From: Camelus ferus
Taxonomy: Eukaryota
Reading direction: 5' to 3'
DNA: 64,000 nt
Assembly: GCF_009834535.1 (NCBI RefSeq)
Contig: NC_045697.1
Span: forward strand, 99,016,001 to 99,080,000
The notes beneath the pieces were generated by a model. It worked only from the letters and a program-made list of their open reading frames with translations. It was not told where the DNA came from and did not search any database. Below are positions 1 through 11,200 of the stretch, in pieces. The position numbers and the translations under genes are program-made. The stretch's first letter is position 1. Every line of letters begins with the position of its first letter.

Positions 1-676
1 AGAAGCTCTCTGATAGGTTTTTATTGCCCTCCTCATGCCTCCTTATATCAGATAATTCAGATAATTGAGAGCCTGAGGATCTGTTAATATTTTTTAAAGC
101 AGCTCACTCCACCTACAGAAAAGGGATTCCAGGTCACAAGCCAATCCCTGAGCTCACCCTTCAACCATCAGCTTAGACATGTCCTTTCCTGAAGGAATCC
201 CAAGGTTTAGGAAGCTTCAGCTCATCACCAACGTCAGGGATTTAGTAAGTCCTGCTGTGTCCCACAGAATCCGAGAGCCTGCCGTGGCTAAATCCATTTG
301 TATTACCCAATCAAGTGGTATGAAAAGAGCTGGTCCTTCCGCGGCTCTGAATTCCTCTAAGTGCTAGAGAAATTCATACGGCCACTCTTCATCTCCGAAG
401 CTGACACGGTTTCAAAGTCACTGTTGGAAAGCTGGGCAACCACATCTCTTCTCGAAAGAGGAAAGTCCTAGATCTTCCCACCTATCCCAAGGCGGTGAGG
501 AGCTTCTGCCTCCAACATTCTCATACAGGAGGTGAAAGCAAGGTAAAAAGAACCCTGCTGTGAAAAATATTCTAACTAGAGGTAGCACACAGGAAATACC
601 AGTTATGACGTCGGCAGTAAGGTATCACACATGACGTCCAGTCACCCCCACGACAAGCACTTAAAACCCTGTGAGT

Positions 677-1806
677 CTGGAGCTGTTCACCATCTAGGTC
701 TACCTCTCCGTGTCTTCCTGCTTGGACTGTGATGATGTGGCTTTGAAGGACTTTGCTAAATATTCTCTTGACCAATCTCATGAGGAGAGAGAATATTCTG
801 AGAAAATTACGAAGCTGCAGAACCAATTCATTCAGAAGGGGCTGAATCTTCTTTCAGGAGATCAAGAAACCAGACCACGATGTCTGAGAGCGGCTGAACG
901 CAATGGAGTGAGTGTGCGTTGTGCTTGGAAACAAAGCATTCATCTGTCATTACTGGGACTCTACAAACTGACGCTGACAAAAAAGATCCCCGCTTGGGTG
1001 ACTTTGTGAGACTTACTATCTGAACGAGCAGGTGAAATCCATCAAAGAGCTGGATGACCACCTAACCAACTTGTGCCAGGTGGGGGCCCCTGAATCTGGC
1101 ACGGTGGGGGCTCTCTCTGACAAGAGGCAGTGACGGCAGAGCTGAGTCTCAGGCCACAGCCATGGGGGTGGAACCGAGCAGGACCCTTTGGGGCCATCCT
1201 GGGACAGACCCCTCCCCCATATCCTCTGCTGTAGCTCCTCTCTGAAGGACCCAGATAATAGTATCTGGTGCAGATTTCCTGAGTTGTTTTACTGATGGAA
1301 GAAATTAACTACCTGATGACCATGAGCATGTAGCCCCCAGACCTTCTGGCACCTAAGGATTGATAGTGTTAACCCGAGACTCCGCCCTGTTACCTCACCG
1401 TCAGCCAATCAGAAAATTGTGCACCAGCTGATCACACTCCCTGTGACTCCCCTCCCTCACCTGGCCTTTAAAAATGCTTCCTTGAAACCCATTGGGGAGT
1501 TCGGGTGTTTTGAGCATTAGCTGTCCCAGACTCCTTGTCTGGCGCCCTGCAATAAACATTGTACTTTCCTTTACCACAACCCGGTGTCAGTATATTGGCT
1601 TTACTGTGGGGGTGAGTGGACCCAAATTTGGTTTGGTAACTGGGAGTGACTTTCCTGGCCCCCAAAGCAGTACATGTATGTTGAGGATACTTGGACCTTT
1701 TCTCTAAGTTGTACTAAAACATCCACTTAAATTCTCTCATTTGTATCATTCCTCCAAAGAAAGTAATTTGGTACCTACCCCCTCCCCAAAAAAAACCAAA
1801 ACAAAA
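677..1806 (+). pseudogene. FTH1: Ferritin heavy chain (FTH1) processed pseudogene, 5'-truncated, frameshifted, interrupted by an LTR in its 3'UTR
   Basis: Translates to DDVALKDFAKY..QSHEERE..EK..KLQNQ and [24 protein letters not shown] (ferritin H). No introns. FTH1-like 3'UTR resumes after the LTR (ttttctctaagttgtactaaaacatccactt). A-rich tail ~1787-1806. TSD aaaac(cc)tgtgag at 663-675 and 1803-1813 at a TT/AAAA L1 endonuclease site. Confidence 0.93.
1169..1641 (+). mobile_element. Solo ERV1-type LTR nested in the FTH1 retrocopy 3'UTR
   Basis: Starts TG, ends ggtaac(t). Contains ccaatcag, a TATA-like ctttaaaa and aataaa (1551). Colinear with the LTR at 39956-40430. Confidence 0.85.
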
Positions 1807-1819
1807 CTGTGAGGGGTAC

Positions 1820-1949
1820 CTGCCATCGAAGAAGAAGAACTTCCCCCGTCCATTCTTTTCTCCATGAACAAAGTTGCCCTCAAATCTGTCAGTGGAGGAG
1901 TAGGTGACGGTGCAGAAGCCGTGTGGTAATCCGTCATCATCCAGGTGCC
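1820..1949 (-). CDS. SETD7: SETD7 histone-lysine N-methyltransferase, coding exon 2 (MORN-like N-terminal region)
   Basis: (G)HLDDDGLPHGFCTVTYSSTDRFEGNFVHGEKNGRGKFFFFDG(S). Acceptor ctttctccAG at 1951-1950, donor GTaccc at 1819. 130 nt, phase 1 to 2, fits exon 1. Confidence 0.97.
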
Positions 1950-4900
1950 CTGGAGAAAGGGGACCACAAGGCAAACCTTCACATCTTCAACGCTCCCCAG
2001 CTCCCCCACCATCACGTCCGCACTCAGACGCTGCCAGCAGGGAAGGGCTCCTGGGCCTGGCTGCTCAGGGCACTTGCTGGATAGTGAACATCAAGGTTTC
2101 TCTGCCTGCATCAGCACTGCCAACTCGACTGGGAGGTCCACTTTGTGAACGGACATATGTGAGAACATGAACCAAAAACAAGCTTGCGTTTTACCGGGGA
2201 CTGGCAGTTATTGTTAATGATAACATCTGCAGTGCATGGTGCCACGCACCCACTACTTCCTCACACAGTACTCCTGTTTGGAATTCATGCACCTGAACTT
2301 TCATGCTTCACCAAAACGTGGTTGAGGTAGCACCCTGTCTTGGCAGTAAGTTATGTGGTTCTAGAACTAAGTACACAATCCGATTTTATGTATCATTATA
2401 TAGTATGCGGTGGAGCACTGCTAGCCAGGTGCCCTCTAAAACCCCACTGCTCTTTGTTATACTCAGACAACAAGGGATGTAGGTAGCCAAGTCTCTAAAA
2501 CTGCCCTAATATTTGTACACCTCATTTTACTAACACATCAACTCAGAGTCCTTCTAAGCTTGAACTTAAGCTTCACCTTGAACTTATTGCTTAACTTTAC
2601 AAAATCTTTCAGCTTTTGAATGTTCAGTAATAACCTGTCATAGAGCCTCTACAACTGTGGTCAGAGGGTTTGTGCTTTCAGTGTAGCTAGAAGTATCCAC
2701 ACGGCCATTTAAGCAGTGATTCTGAATATCAACCGCAGTTATTATACTGTGATCTTTAAATTGCTGGTTTTTCTTGGGTCCCAGATTGGTATATTCTAAT
2801 ATTTATGTTTATAGTCAATGTTTAGGTTTTTATTATTACCTACATATTTCAAAAAACCCAGGAGTCACTCACTCGTGTCTCCCCAGGCATTCTGGTGAGC
2901 TAATTTTGCAGAGGTGGGTAGAAATGAAGGCAGCAGTTAATCTACTGGCTTTTTCCTGGGTTAATGACCTGAGTCATGGATGAAAAAGGTATAAAAGCAT
3001 TAAATACTGCGTACAGTGCAGGTACATTAAACACTTAAATGTGGCTTCCAGATGGCTCACAGACATAAAAGAAAACACAAACCATAACACCACAATGAAT
3101 GCTTTAGTCTCCTAAAATAATTTCTTCTAAAGTGATAAAAGAATATCATCCTTTAGAAGAGATAGTAAGCAAGCACTCTCAAAAAGAACAGGAAAGCTCT
3201 TTATTTGCATTACTGATTACATAAATGCCAAGTAACAATGAACCAATGTACAGCTTTATTGCTACATCTGACTCTGTATAGAATGAATTACCTGAAATAT
3301 AATAAAACATGGCTAGTTAAGTAAATCACAATCAATGAGTTCCCCTTCCTTTTAACACAAATTTTTTCCACCAAGGGCAGGAAATTAATGGTTAGGAGGG
3401 AACTAGGCCACAATTGCTATCTTCTTGCTCAAAAACCAAAAACTATACATGACATAATTCAATGACATATGAGTCATATGAAATAATTTGGACAATTATT
3501 TTCTAAATATCGACGGATGACATTTCTCTCATTGAAATAAATTAAATCTACCTTTTTTCTTTTCATTCAAAAAAAAAAAAAAAAAACCCACTCAGTGTAT
3601 AGCTAAAAGCTTTCCTTAATGAAATGTTGCTTGGATCAAATTAAATTCAGCTATTAACATTCCTACCAATTTAGCGTTCTACTTTTGGTTTAGCTATAAC
3701 TATCAGAATAATAATTTTAGCCTTATAGTGAGGTATTTACTAATTTGTTGAAAATGCTTCGCTCCCCCAGAAAACGGTTCACATATTCCAGACTTTAAAA
3801 AGTTAATGTTTGATAAAATTCCTGATTATCCTTTAGATAAAGAGAAATATTAAGATAAACTTGAACACTGAGGGGAAAAAAATCCAACGTAAATTCATTT
3901 CCACCTTCCCTCAGTCGCAACCGTCCTGTCCTATTTCTGAATAAAACACTGCAGGTGCACCGTCAGCAGTGAAATCGAGATCTTTAAGAAAGCTGGAAGC
4001 ATCCTGTAACACACTGAAAGCACTTGAGGGACAGAGCCGAATCCAACTGGGATGAAAGCAAAAACGTCAACACGCTCCGTGAGGGACACGTGTGCCCACG
4101 CCTCCTTCCGCGGGCCAGCAAAGAGGAGTCCCAACATCTTCTGAGTCTTGAGAGAGAGGAAGAAAAAAGCTGGTGAATGATGGCTGTTACTCTGGTGACA
4201 TCATGTCTTTAGAAAGAAGGTCTTGGATGCGCAACGCTCCCCTGACCTTCAAAAGGCAGGTTTCGGCAGCTTGTTGTGAGAAAGTTCTGCAGGCGCCCCG
4301 TGAGATCACAGTAGAGCCCGCTTGTTGGCTTGTCTGTTTTGTTTTCTTCTCCTCCTTCCACAAGGAGGGCGGTGTGATCCATTAACAGGTTGTGATCAGT
4401 TACCGGGAGCAATTAAAAGGAGCTAAAAAATGAAGGGTTGTGATCATTCAAGACTTCTACCCGGAATATTTAATAGCCTGGAGTGGTCTTCCTAGAAGCA
4501 GCAGAACTTTATCTCCAGAACGACAGCCCCATCCAAAACAATAACAGCAACGAAGAGGCTTTCCAAAGAAAGAAATGCAGGGAGGAGTGGAGACTGGGTT
4601 GCTGTGGACTCACATCTCCCACTGACAGCAGAGCTAGAGGAGCTTCTGGTACCACGCCTGCTCGAACGCCACTGGGTCAGTAAGATCACGGAATATTTGT
4701 CTTGCCAGTAATAGTCAATTTAATGGAGGGGGATATTGACATACAGAGAAGGAAAAAGTCTGTGTCCCTACTAGGCACCTGAAACCAGGTTATGCACTTT
4801 CCTGTTATCTAAATTAAGCCTCACAATAATCCCAACTCTAATCTTACAGATGAGGAAGCCACTGCTGTGTGCCCAAGAAAGACATTAACCACCACTCTGA

Positions 4901-7199
4901 ATGTGCTAACGGATGCCAACAGCCCTTTCCCCCACTCTTTCCATCTCTTTTCTCTCTAGATAAGAGTAAACTAGCAGAACACCCCTCTTTCCCACGGATG
5001 GTGGAAGGAGGGACCTCTAAAGAGGTCAGTGCTCTCAGGCCCCAGGCAGAGAAGTGGAAGAAGGCTTTGTAGTTAAGACAGTTCTCACAGAACCACCAGG
5101 ACAGTCAACAGCACATCCTGGCTGCAAATTCCTGTCCCTCCCAAGTGTTACCCAACTCAGAGAAACTCGAGTCCTCCTTGCTGTGATTGAGGTCGATGTG
5201 TAAAACGCACCAAGTCAGCCAACAGCCCTCCAGGCCAGTTCCCACTAAACAGAAGTTGAACGCAAGCCCCGAACAGCAAGGAAAATCCACTTGACTGACT
5301 TCTCTGTGTGGGGAATGCTGTCCCAGCTCGTGTGCAGTCTGTCTGTCTGCCGCACGGCTTTAAATATTTACACAAGTTGGAAAAAGGGGAAAATGTAACA
5401 GCCACACAAGTCTCCTTTTTCACTTTGTTCTAAAGATCATTATCTACTGACAAGATAGAAAGTTTGATTTTTTCCCCTCGAGTTCCCTCTGAGCTTTTTC
5501 ATAACCTGATGAGAGCCAGGCCTGCCTCCTGTGAAGTGAGGGTACATCTCAGCAAAGGAAACTCCCTCTGGATCAGACAGCGGCTGCTTACTGCCTCAGG
5601 CGTGCTCACAGGAGATCTGAGCATGTGTGTGTGTGTTTGTTCATGTGCATGTGTGTGTTTCCCTCAGAACAAGAGACCCTGACATGCATGGTTGGTTTTG
5701 TAGTTTAAAACTACTTAAAAAAAAAAGGAGTAATAATAAAAGGCCAACTTTTTCTTTTTGGTGCAAAGAATGTACCCTCAAGATGATGCACTTAATGCTG
5801 GTTGTTAAAAACAGAATTTGATTTTTGAGAGTAACTCTTTGCAAGAGCTCAATTATTAGTTGTGAGGGTCCTAATTTTAATGAGGCCCACACAGAGAGGG
5901 TGCTACCAGTATACTTAGGAGGCATTTTTTCCTCAGAACAGAGCATGAACAGCCTTAGAGACAGGATAAGATATGAGGGGGACTGTTAAAAATATTCTTA
6001 ATATTTGGAGGGTGTTGGGGCAGTGAAACATGGAGACACTTGTTTTCATTCCGGCTCCTTGGTTGTGGAGATTCTGCTATTTCCCCTCCTTTTAGTATTC
6101 CTCCTCAGTGTCTCCTTGCTAGGTCCCAGCCTTTCCGTTTTCTCCTGCCCTCATAACCGCCTATCTGGACTGCGGCAAAGAGCCTTCAGGGTGATCACCT
6201 CACCTGCTCCCCACAGGCCGCTCATCCTCCCCAGCAGAGCTCCCATTCCTCCATCCCAGCTCCAAAGCCCCCGTGGCTCCTGGCGCGCAGTCCGCATTCT
6301 TGGCCCTTGACAAGCCTCCTTTCCCTGTCTTCCTCTCCACTTTTCTCCTTCTAGGAGCCCTGTTACAGCAGAGCAATTCCTCTCTGCCCGTGCCTGCAGA
6401 GTTCCACACTTCTGTCTTGACTCCCTAATGTCCCTTCTCTACTGGACTCAACTCCACCCCACCTCTTCCAGAAAATCCAGCTACTGCCCCAAACTGGCCA
6501 CCATTTTTACTTCCTCTCCACCATCATTCGTCTGCTTAGATATGATGTATTTATTTCTAATTATATGAGGGACCACTCTTGGTATCTATGGGTAGACCGA
6601 AAAATAAGATATTATAATAAAGATTTCTGTTGCAAAGCTAAACATCATTCCCCACTGAACCAAGGAGCCTCAAAGTTTTTAAAAGGCCACAGCAGGAGCT
6701 CAGGTGGAGTTTGCAGGCCCGCTGAGGCCCAGGGCTGCCTTCCCAAAGGAGCAGAGCCATCACCTGTACACAGACAACCCCTCTACCACCCACCTGTCCT
6801 TGGGGAGTCATCTACTCTGAGCTCAGAACTTCACCCAAGCTACAGTTCCACCCCGACAGAGAACCAAAGTGCATATGATGTGACAAAAGATGTTTACACT
6901 CAAGACCTGAAGAGACCAATTTCTTCCCCAAGGTAAATTTCTAAGGAGGAAGAAAAAGAGTATCTCTTGCAGAGGCTACAAATTAAATTCTCTTTTCCCA
7001 CATACATTTTTCAGAAAGTCACTGAACTCTCAGAACCAACCTCTTAAGAGTGACACTGATAAAGAGTGACACTGACAGAACATTTAACTGTTGCTTCCAA
7101 ACTCAGTCCCTAAGTATTTCATATATTTGACTGACTCGTTAAAAATTAAAAAAATAAATAAGAAAAATGTTGGAAGACAGTTTGGTATGGGAGAGTGGG

Positions 7200-7375
7200 G
7201 TTCTGGAAGTCCAAGCCTTTTTCCTACCTTGCTGAGTGTCCTTGGATTTGTTCTTAACTTCTCTAAGCCTCAGTTGCCTCCTCCATAAAATTGGAATAAT
7301 ATTGGTGCCCACCTCGTAAGACTGAATGGAGAATGTGTATGTGAAACACTTAGCACAGAGCCTCCACGTAGTGAG
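7200..7375 (+). mobile_element. MIR SINE remnant
   Basis: MIR core cttaacttctctaagcctcagtt...ataaaattggaataata...gtgaaacacttagcacagagcc. Confidence 0.7.
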
Positions 7376-8779
7376 AACTAAACAATGACAGCGATAAGTA
7401 CAGCGAAGACAATGGAACTGCAGAGAACCCAGGCTCTGTTTATGGAGAGAAGTGGGTTAGCTGGTACTTCAACACCAAGATATTCAGACTAGCCTTTTAC
7501 CAGTCCCCCACGCATGTGCTAGATATTAAGTAAAGATGATTATAGACAGGACCTAAAAGCCCAGGAAAGCCTGCAGAAAAGCCCATTTTTACATATGCAT
7601 GCTCTGGACACTGTGTGAGTTTGAGCCAGGGATGCATTTAAAGACTTTTAAAGAGTCCAGGTTACTCTGATCGCTAACTGTTAGGTACAACTGAGTAACC
7701 ATGTGTCCCAGATTGCTTCAGACATTCAAGCCATTGAGCCAGTTGTCCCAACTTAAGTGACCCTTCTCAAGCGTATTCAGATCTCAGACGATGTATGTGG
7801 TCACCGTACATAACACCGTACTTAACAGAAACTTTCTTGCTTATATAAAGACATTTCTCTGCTTCTGTCCATTGGACAGTCTCAAAAACAGCATTAGTAC
7901 ATTTCTGAAACTGCTTGTTCACCTTCAGCAAGGAGCTGGGGATTATGGCTAACTGGGCCTTGTGTTTCTAAACAGCTTCAAAAGGGAGGGGAGGTTTAAG
8001 CTGGGGAGCACTGCCTGTGATCAAAAGTGTGCATTATGTTTTTATGGGTAAAAGTAAACTTTGAAGAATGAGAGCAAGCCCTAACAATTTGAGACAAGCA
8101 TTTTCCAATTATCTTTCATAATATAAGGCACAAGAAGTCAATAATTTAAATTTAAAGAAGACATCCAATGGATCGACTCAATCAATGTCTTTGGGCTCCA
8201 GTAAGTCCCAATGTTGGCTTTACTTATTAGAGATAAAGAGTTTGTGAGTTCAGGACATTGTTAAATTAAAACAACACCAACACTCCTTGAAGCTGGATAA
8301 AGAAATAGGAAGTTTAATAGTTACAGTAGGATAGTTACCTTTTAGAGAATTCAGGAATATTATTCTACTTAATCTCTCCCTGAGACCTCGGGAGCACAGT
8401 TATGCTGACATAAAAATTCAGTTTCTTCTTCCAAAGTAGCAATAACTATGCATCCTTATGCATCTGTAAGCGTTGCCACTTTGTTTCTCTTTACCACTTA
8501 TGAGAACTTGTTTATACAAATTAGACAGAAACCAGATTCAACCAAAAGCTAAAAAATGTTTACTTAGATGCTTGGTTTAAAATATTCCGGAATAATAACC
8601 ACACAACGTTGCAAAACATCACGAAGTACTGTCTTGGGTAGAATCAAATAAATAGATACGCTAAAGAGTAATTTCCAGTATTCACTGTTACAAAAACATA
8701 ACATCTCATGATACAAACAACTAGATTGTATAACGTCCCCACCTCGCTTTTTAGAACTAGCAGGGATTTAAAAAAAAAA

Positions 8780-11200
8780 TAAAAAAGAGGTGGAGAAACT
8801 CAGCAAAACAAAGTGGCGAGAAAAGTCGGGGGAGGGGCGCTAGAAGCGAAGGGGCGGAGAAACACGACACCAAAGCGGTGATATCACCCACAGCCAACTG
8901 CATGGAATTCAGAAAGTTAAGTGTCACCCAGCAATTTCGGTCCCGGCTTGCGGCGCGCCTGCACAGCGTGGCGGCGGCGGCATCGGGATCGGAGGCAGAA
9001 GGGGGAGGGGCGGTTTGACTGAGTTCGCCTGGGGGCAGCAGAGGCCTGGGGCCACCGCCTCCGGGTGGGCGTGTGTTCAAGCCCCGGGTCGGGAGCGTTG
9101 TCCACAGCCCTGCAATGATTTCATCGTTTCGGAGGAGCGACCGCCCTGGCCGCCGCTGCCACGTGCCTGGTCCGACCCCGTGCGCTGCGCTGGGGGACGG
9201 ACCGGGACACGGCCGCGGTCACCGCGGGTCGCAGCGGCGTGGGGAAGGAAAGGGCTGGCAGCCCGAGAGGGGGTCGAGCTTGCCAAAACCGGGCGGGGGT
9301 ATTGCTCCACGGAGACCGTCGGCCGCAGGGGGCTATCCTCCTGCGCATCCCTACCTTCCACCCCCGAAACGGGGAAGGCCGGAGTGCGGGGCAGGTTTCG
9401 CAACTCCGAGGGCGGATGCAGGCGGTGGCCCGGCGGAATGGAGCAGCCGTGTCCTCCTGGGGGCTTCGGCCCAGTGGAGCCCGATTCCCGGCCTGCGCCC
9501 CGCCGCGCAGTGCGAGCTCCCGGCGGCATGGCCGTGGCTGTCCGGCCCCTGTCCGAGCCCGGCAGCGGGCCACTCGCGTAGGGGACAGTGGCGGCCGCGG
9601 GGCCCGGCGCCGCGCGGGTCGCAGCCCGCCACTCCTCCCGCGTTCCCTGCCCTCCGCGACTCCTCCCCCGGCCCCAGAGAAATGCTTGTACCTTCTACCG
9701 CCTCCTCCACCATTTCGTCGTCGCTATCCATGGCGGCTGGGGACCCTGCCCAGCTCGGGGCCGCGCGGCTGCCTCCTGTCCCTCCGGGTGCTCCAGGCGG
9801 CTGAGCGAGCGCTGGGGCTGAACCCTGCGAGTTTGGAGGAGGAGGAAGAGGAGGAGCAGTTGGGCCTGGCTCGCACTGCCTCCCCCTACAGCCCTTTCAA
9901 TTCCTTGGTCTTAAGCTGCTCCGGCAGCAGCCGTCCCTCCTCCCTTCGCCCACTTGCCCCTCGCCTCCGAGGCTCCGGGGTGCCGCCGTGGCCGCCGCCG
10001 CCGCTGCAACTTTCTACTGTAATACCCCGTCTTTGTTATCGAGCAGCTGATCCGCTGACATCACCCAGCGCCGGTGCGCTCCCTCCCTCGCTGATTGACA
10101 GTTCCCTGTCCCTTCCCAGAAGTAAGGCTCCTTAAAACGAAAGGCGCTCCGGGTCCGCGCTGACTCTGCACCCCAGCCCACCAGCTCCCAGGCCCATCAG
10201 GGTTTATCTTTTGCTTCTGCGCCGCTTGGTGCGGTCCAACGCGCCACGCGGTCCTGGGCGCCGCGGGCTCCTCACGGGCACTTGGGACCCCCGGGTACCA
10301 GCTCTCTGGGGGCTCAGAACTCCTGACTTCCAGCTGTGCCAGGGGCCACTTGGAAGTCCGCGTGCAATGCCCGCCAGCGCGCCCCACCCCCCGCCCCGGG
10401 ATAGCCTCCAAAGAGCAGGGGAAGCTAAGGCAGCGTTTCTGACGCTCCAGCGCCTCAACTTCCTCTCATCCTCGCCCCCTACTTCACCCCATTTGCCACC
10501 CGGAGCTGCACGAGTGCGGCACGCACGGGAGCGCAGGTGTCCCCGCGTTGCCGCATCACATCCGTGAGCAGGTTTTCCAGACTCAGGGTGGTGACATCCA
10601 GTCCGGACTGCGGCTTCCACCCTAGCGCGCCGTCCCCACCCTCCTCGGGACCGTCAGGCGTCTTGGGTGATTCAGAAATTCCCCAAATCCAAATGGCAGC
10701 AGGCTCTATCTCAGGCAGGAAACAAGCCGCGCGGAAGGCCCGGCAGGTCCCTCCTCGCGGTTGTGGTAACGGAAAAGGAGCCACCGAGTGGAGCTACCGA
10801 GGAAAGACCCTCCGTCTGGCGCGCCTCCTTCTCGCGCCTCCCGCCCTGTACGTGTGATGTCCCCAGCCGTCTCCCTGATTCTCCGAGTGTCAACCCTCCA
10901 CTGATTTGGGCTTTTCAAGTGGAGAACATCACGGGGCACCCGCTTCCCGGCCCAGCCACTTAGTGTCATTATGGCGTTGCCTCTTACAGGTGGTGGTAAA
11001 GGGCGGCTGTAAATAGCTGGTTAAATGGATGCAAATGTACACAATGTACCGTGGAATTACCGGGTGCCGCTCTGGGCATCTGCCAAGAACAGCTACTGCA
11101 CGGAGCGGGCGGGGGAAATAGGAGGCAGCAGAGAAAGTTGTTCCATTTTGTTTTCTGAACGACGAGTGAGACTGGGGATTTCAAAGTACTTCCAGTACCC
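8780..11200. promoter_or_regulatory. SETD7: CpG island / SETD7 promoter and 5'UTR
   Basis: Very GC- and CpG-rich, with GC boxes and a (GCC)n run at ~9990. Surrounds the SETD7 start codon. Confidence 0.9.
9692..9731 (-). CDS. SETD7: SETD7 coding exon 1
   Basis: gccgccATGG Kozak context. MDSDDEMVEEAVE(G). Donor G|GTacaag at 9691. 40 coding nt. Confidence 0.97.

Noticed and set aside
710..1009. 99-aa ferritin-like ORF
   Set aside because: Frameshifted part of the truncated FTH1 retrocopy; not a functional gene.
8757..10969. Many long overlapping ORFs (up to 298 aa) on both strands
   Set aside because: Stop-poor GC-rich CpG island with Pro/Arg/Gly/Ala-biased peptides. Only the 40-nt SETD7 exon is supported.
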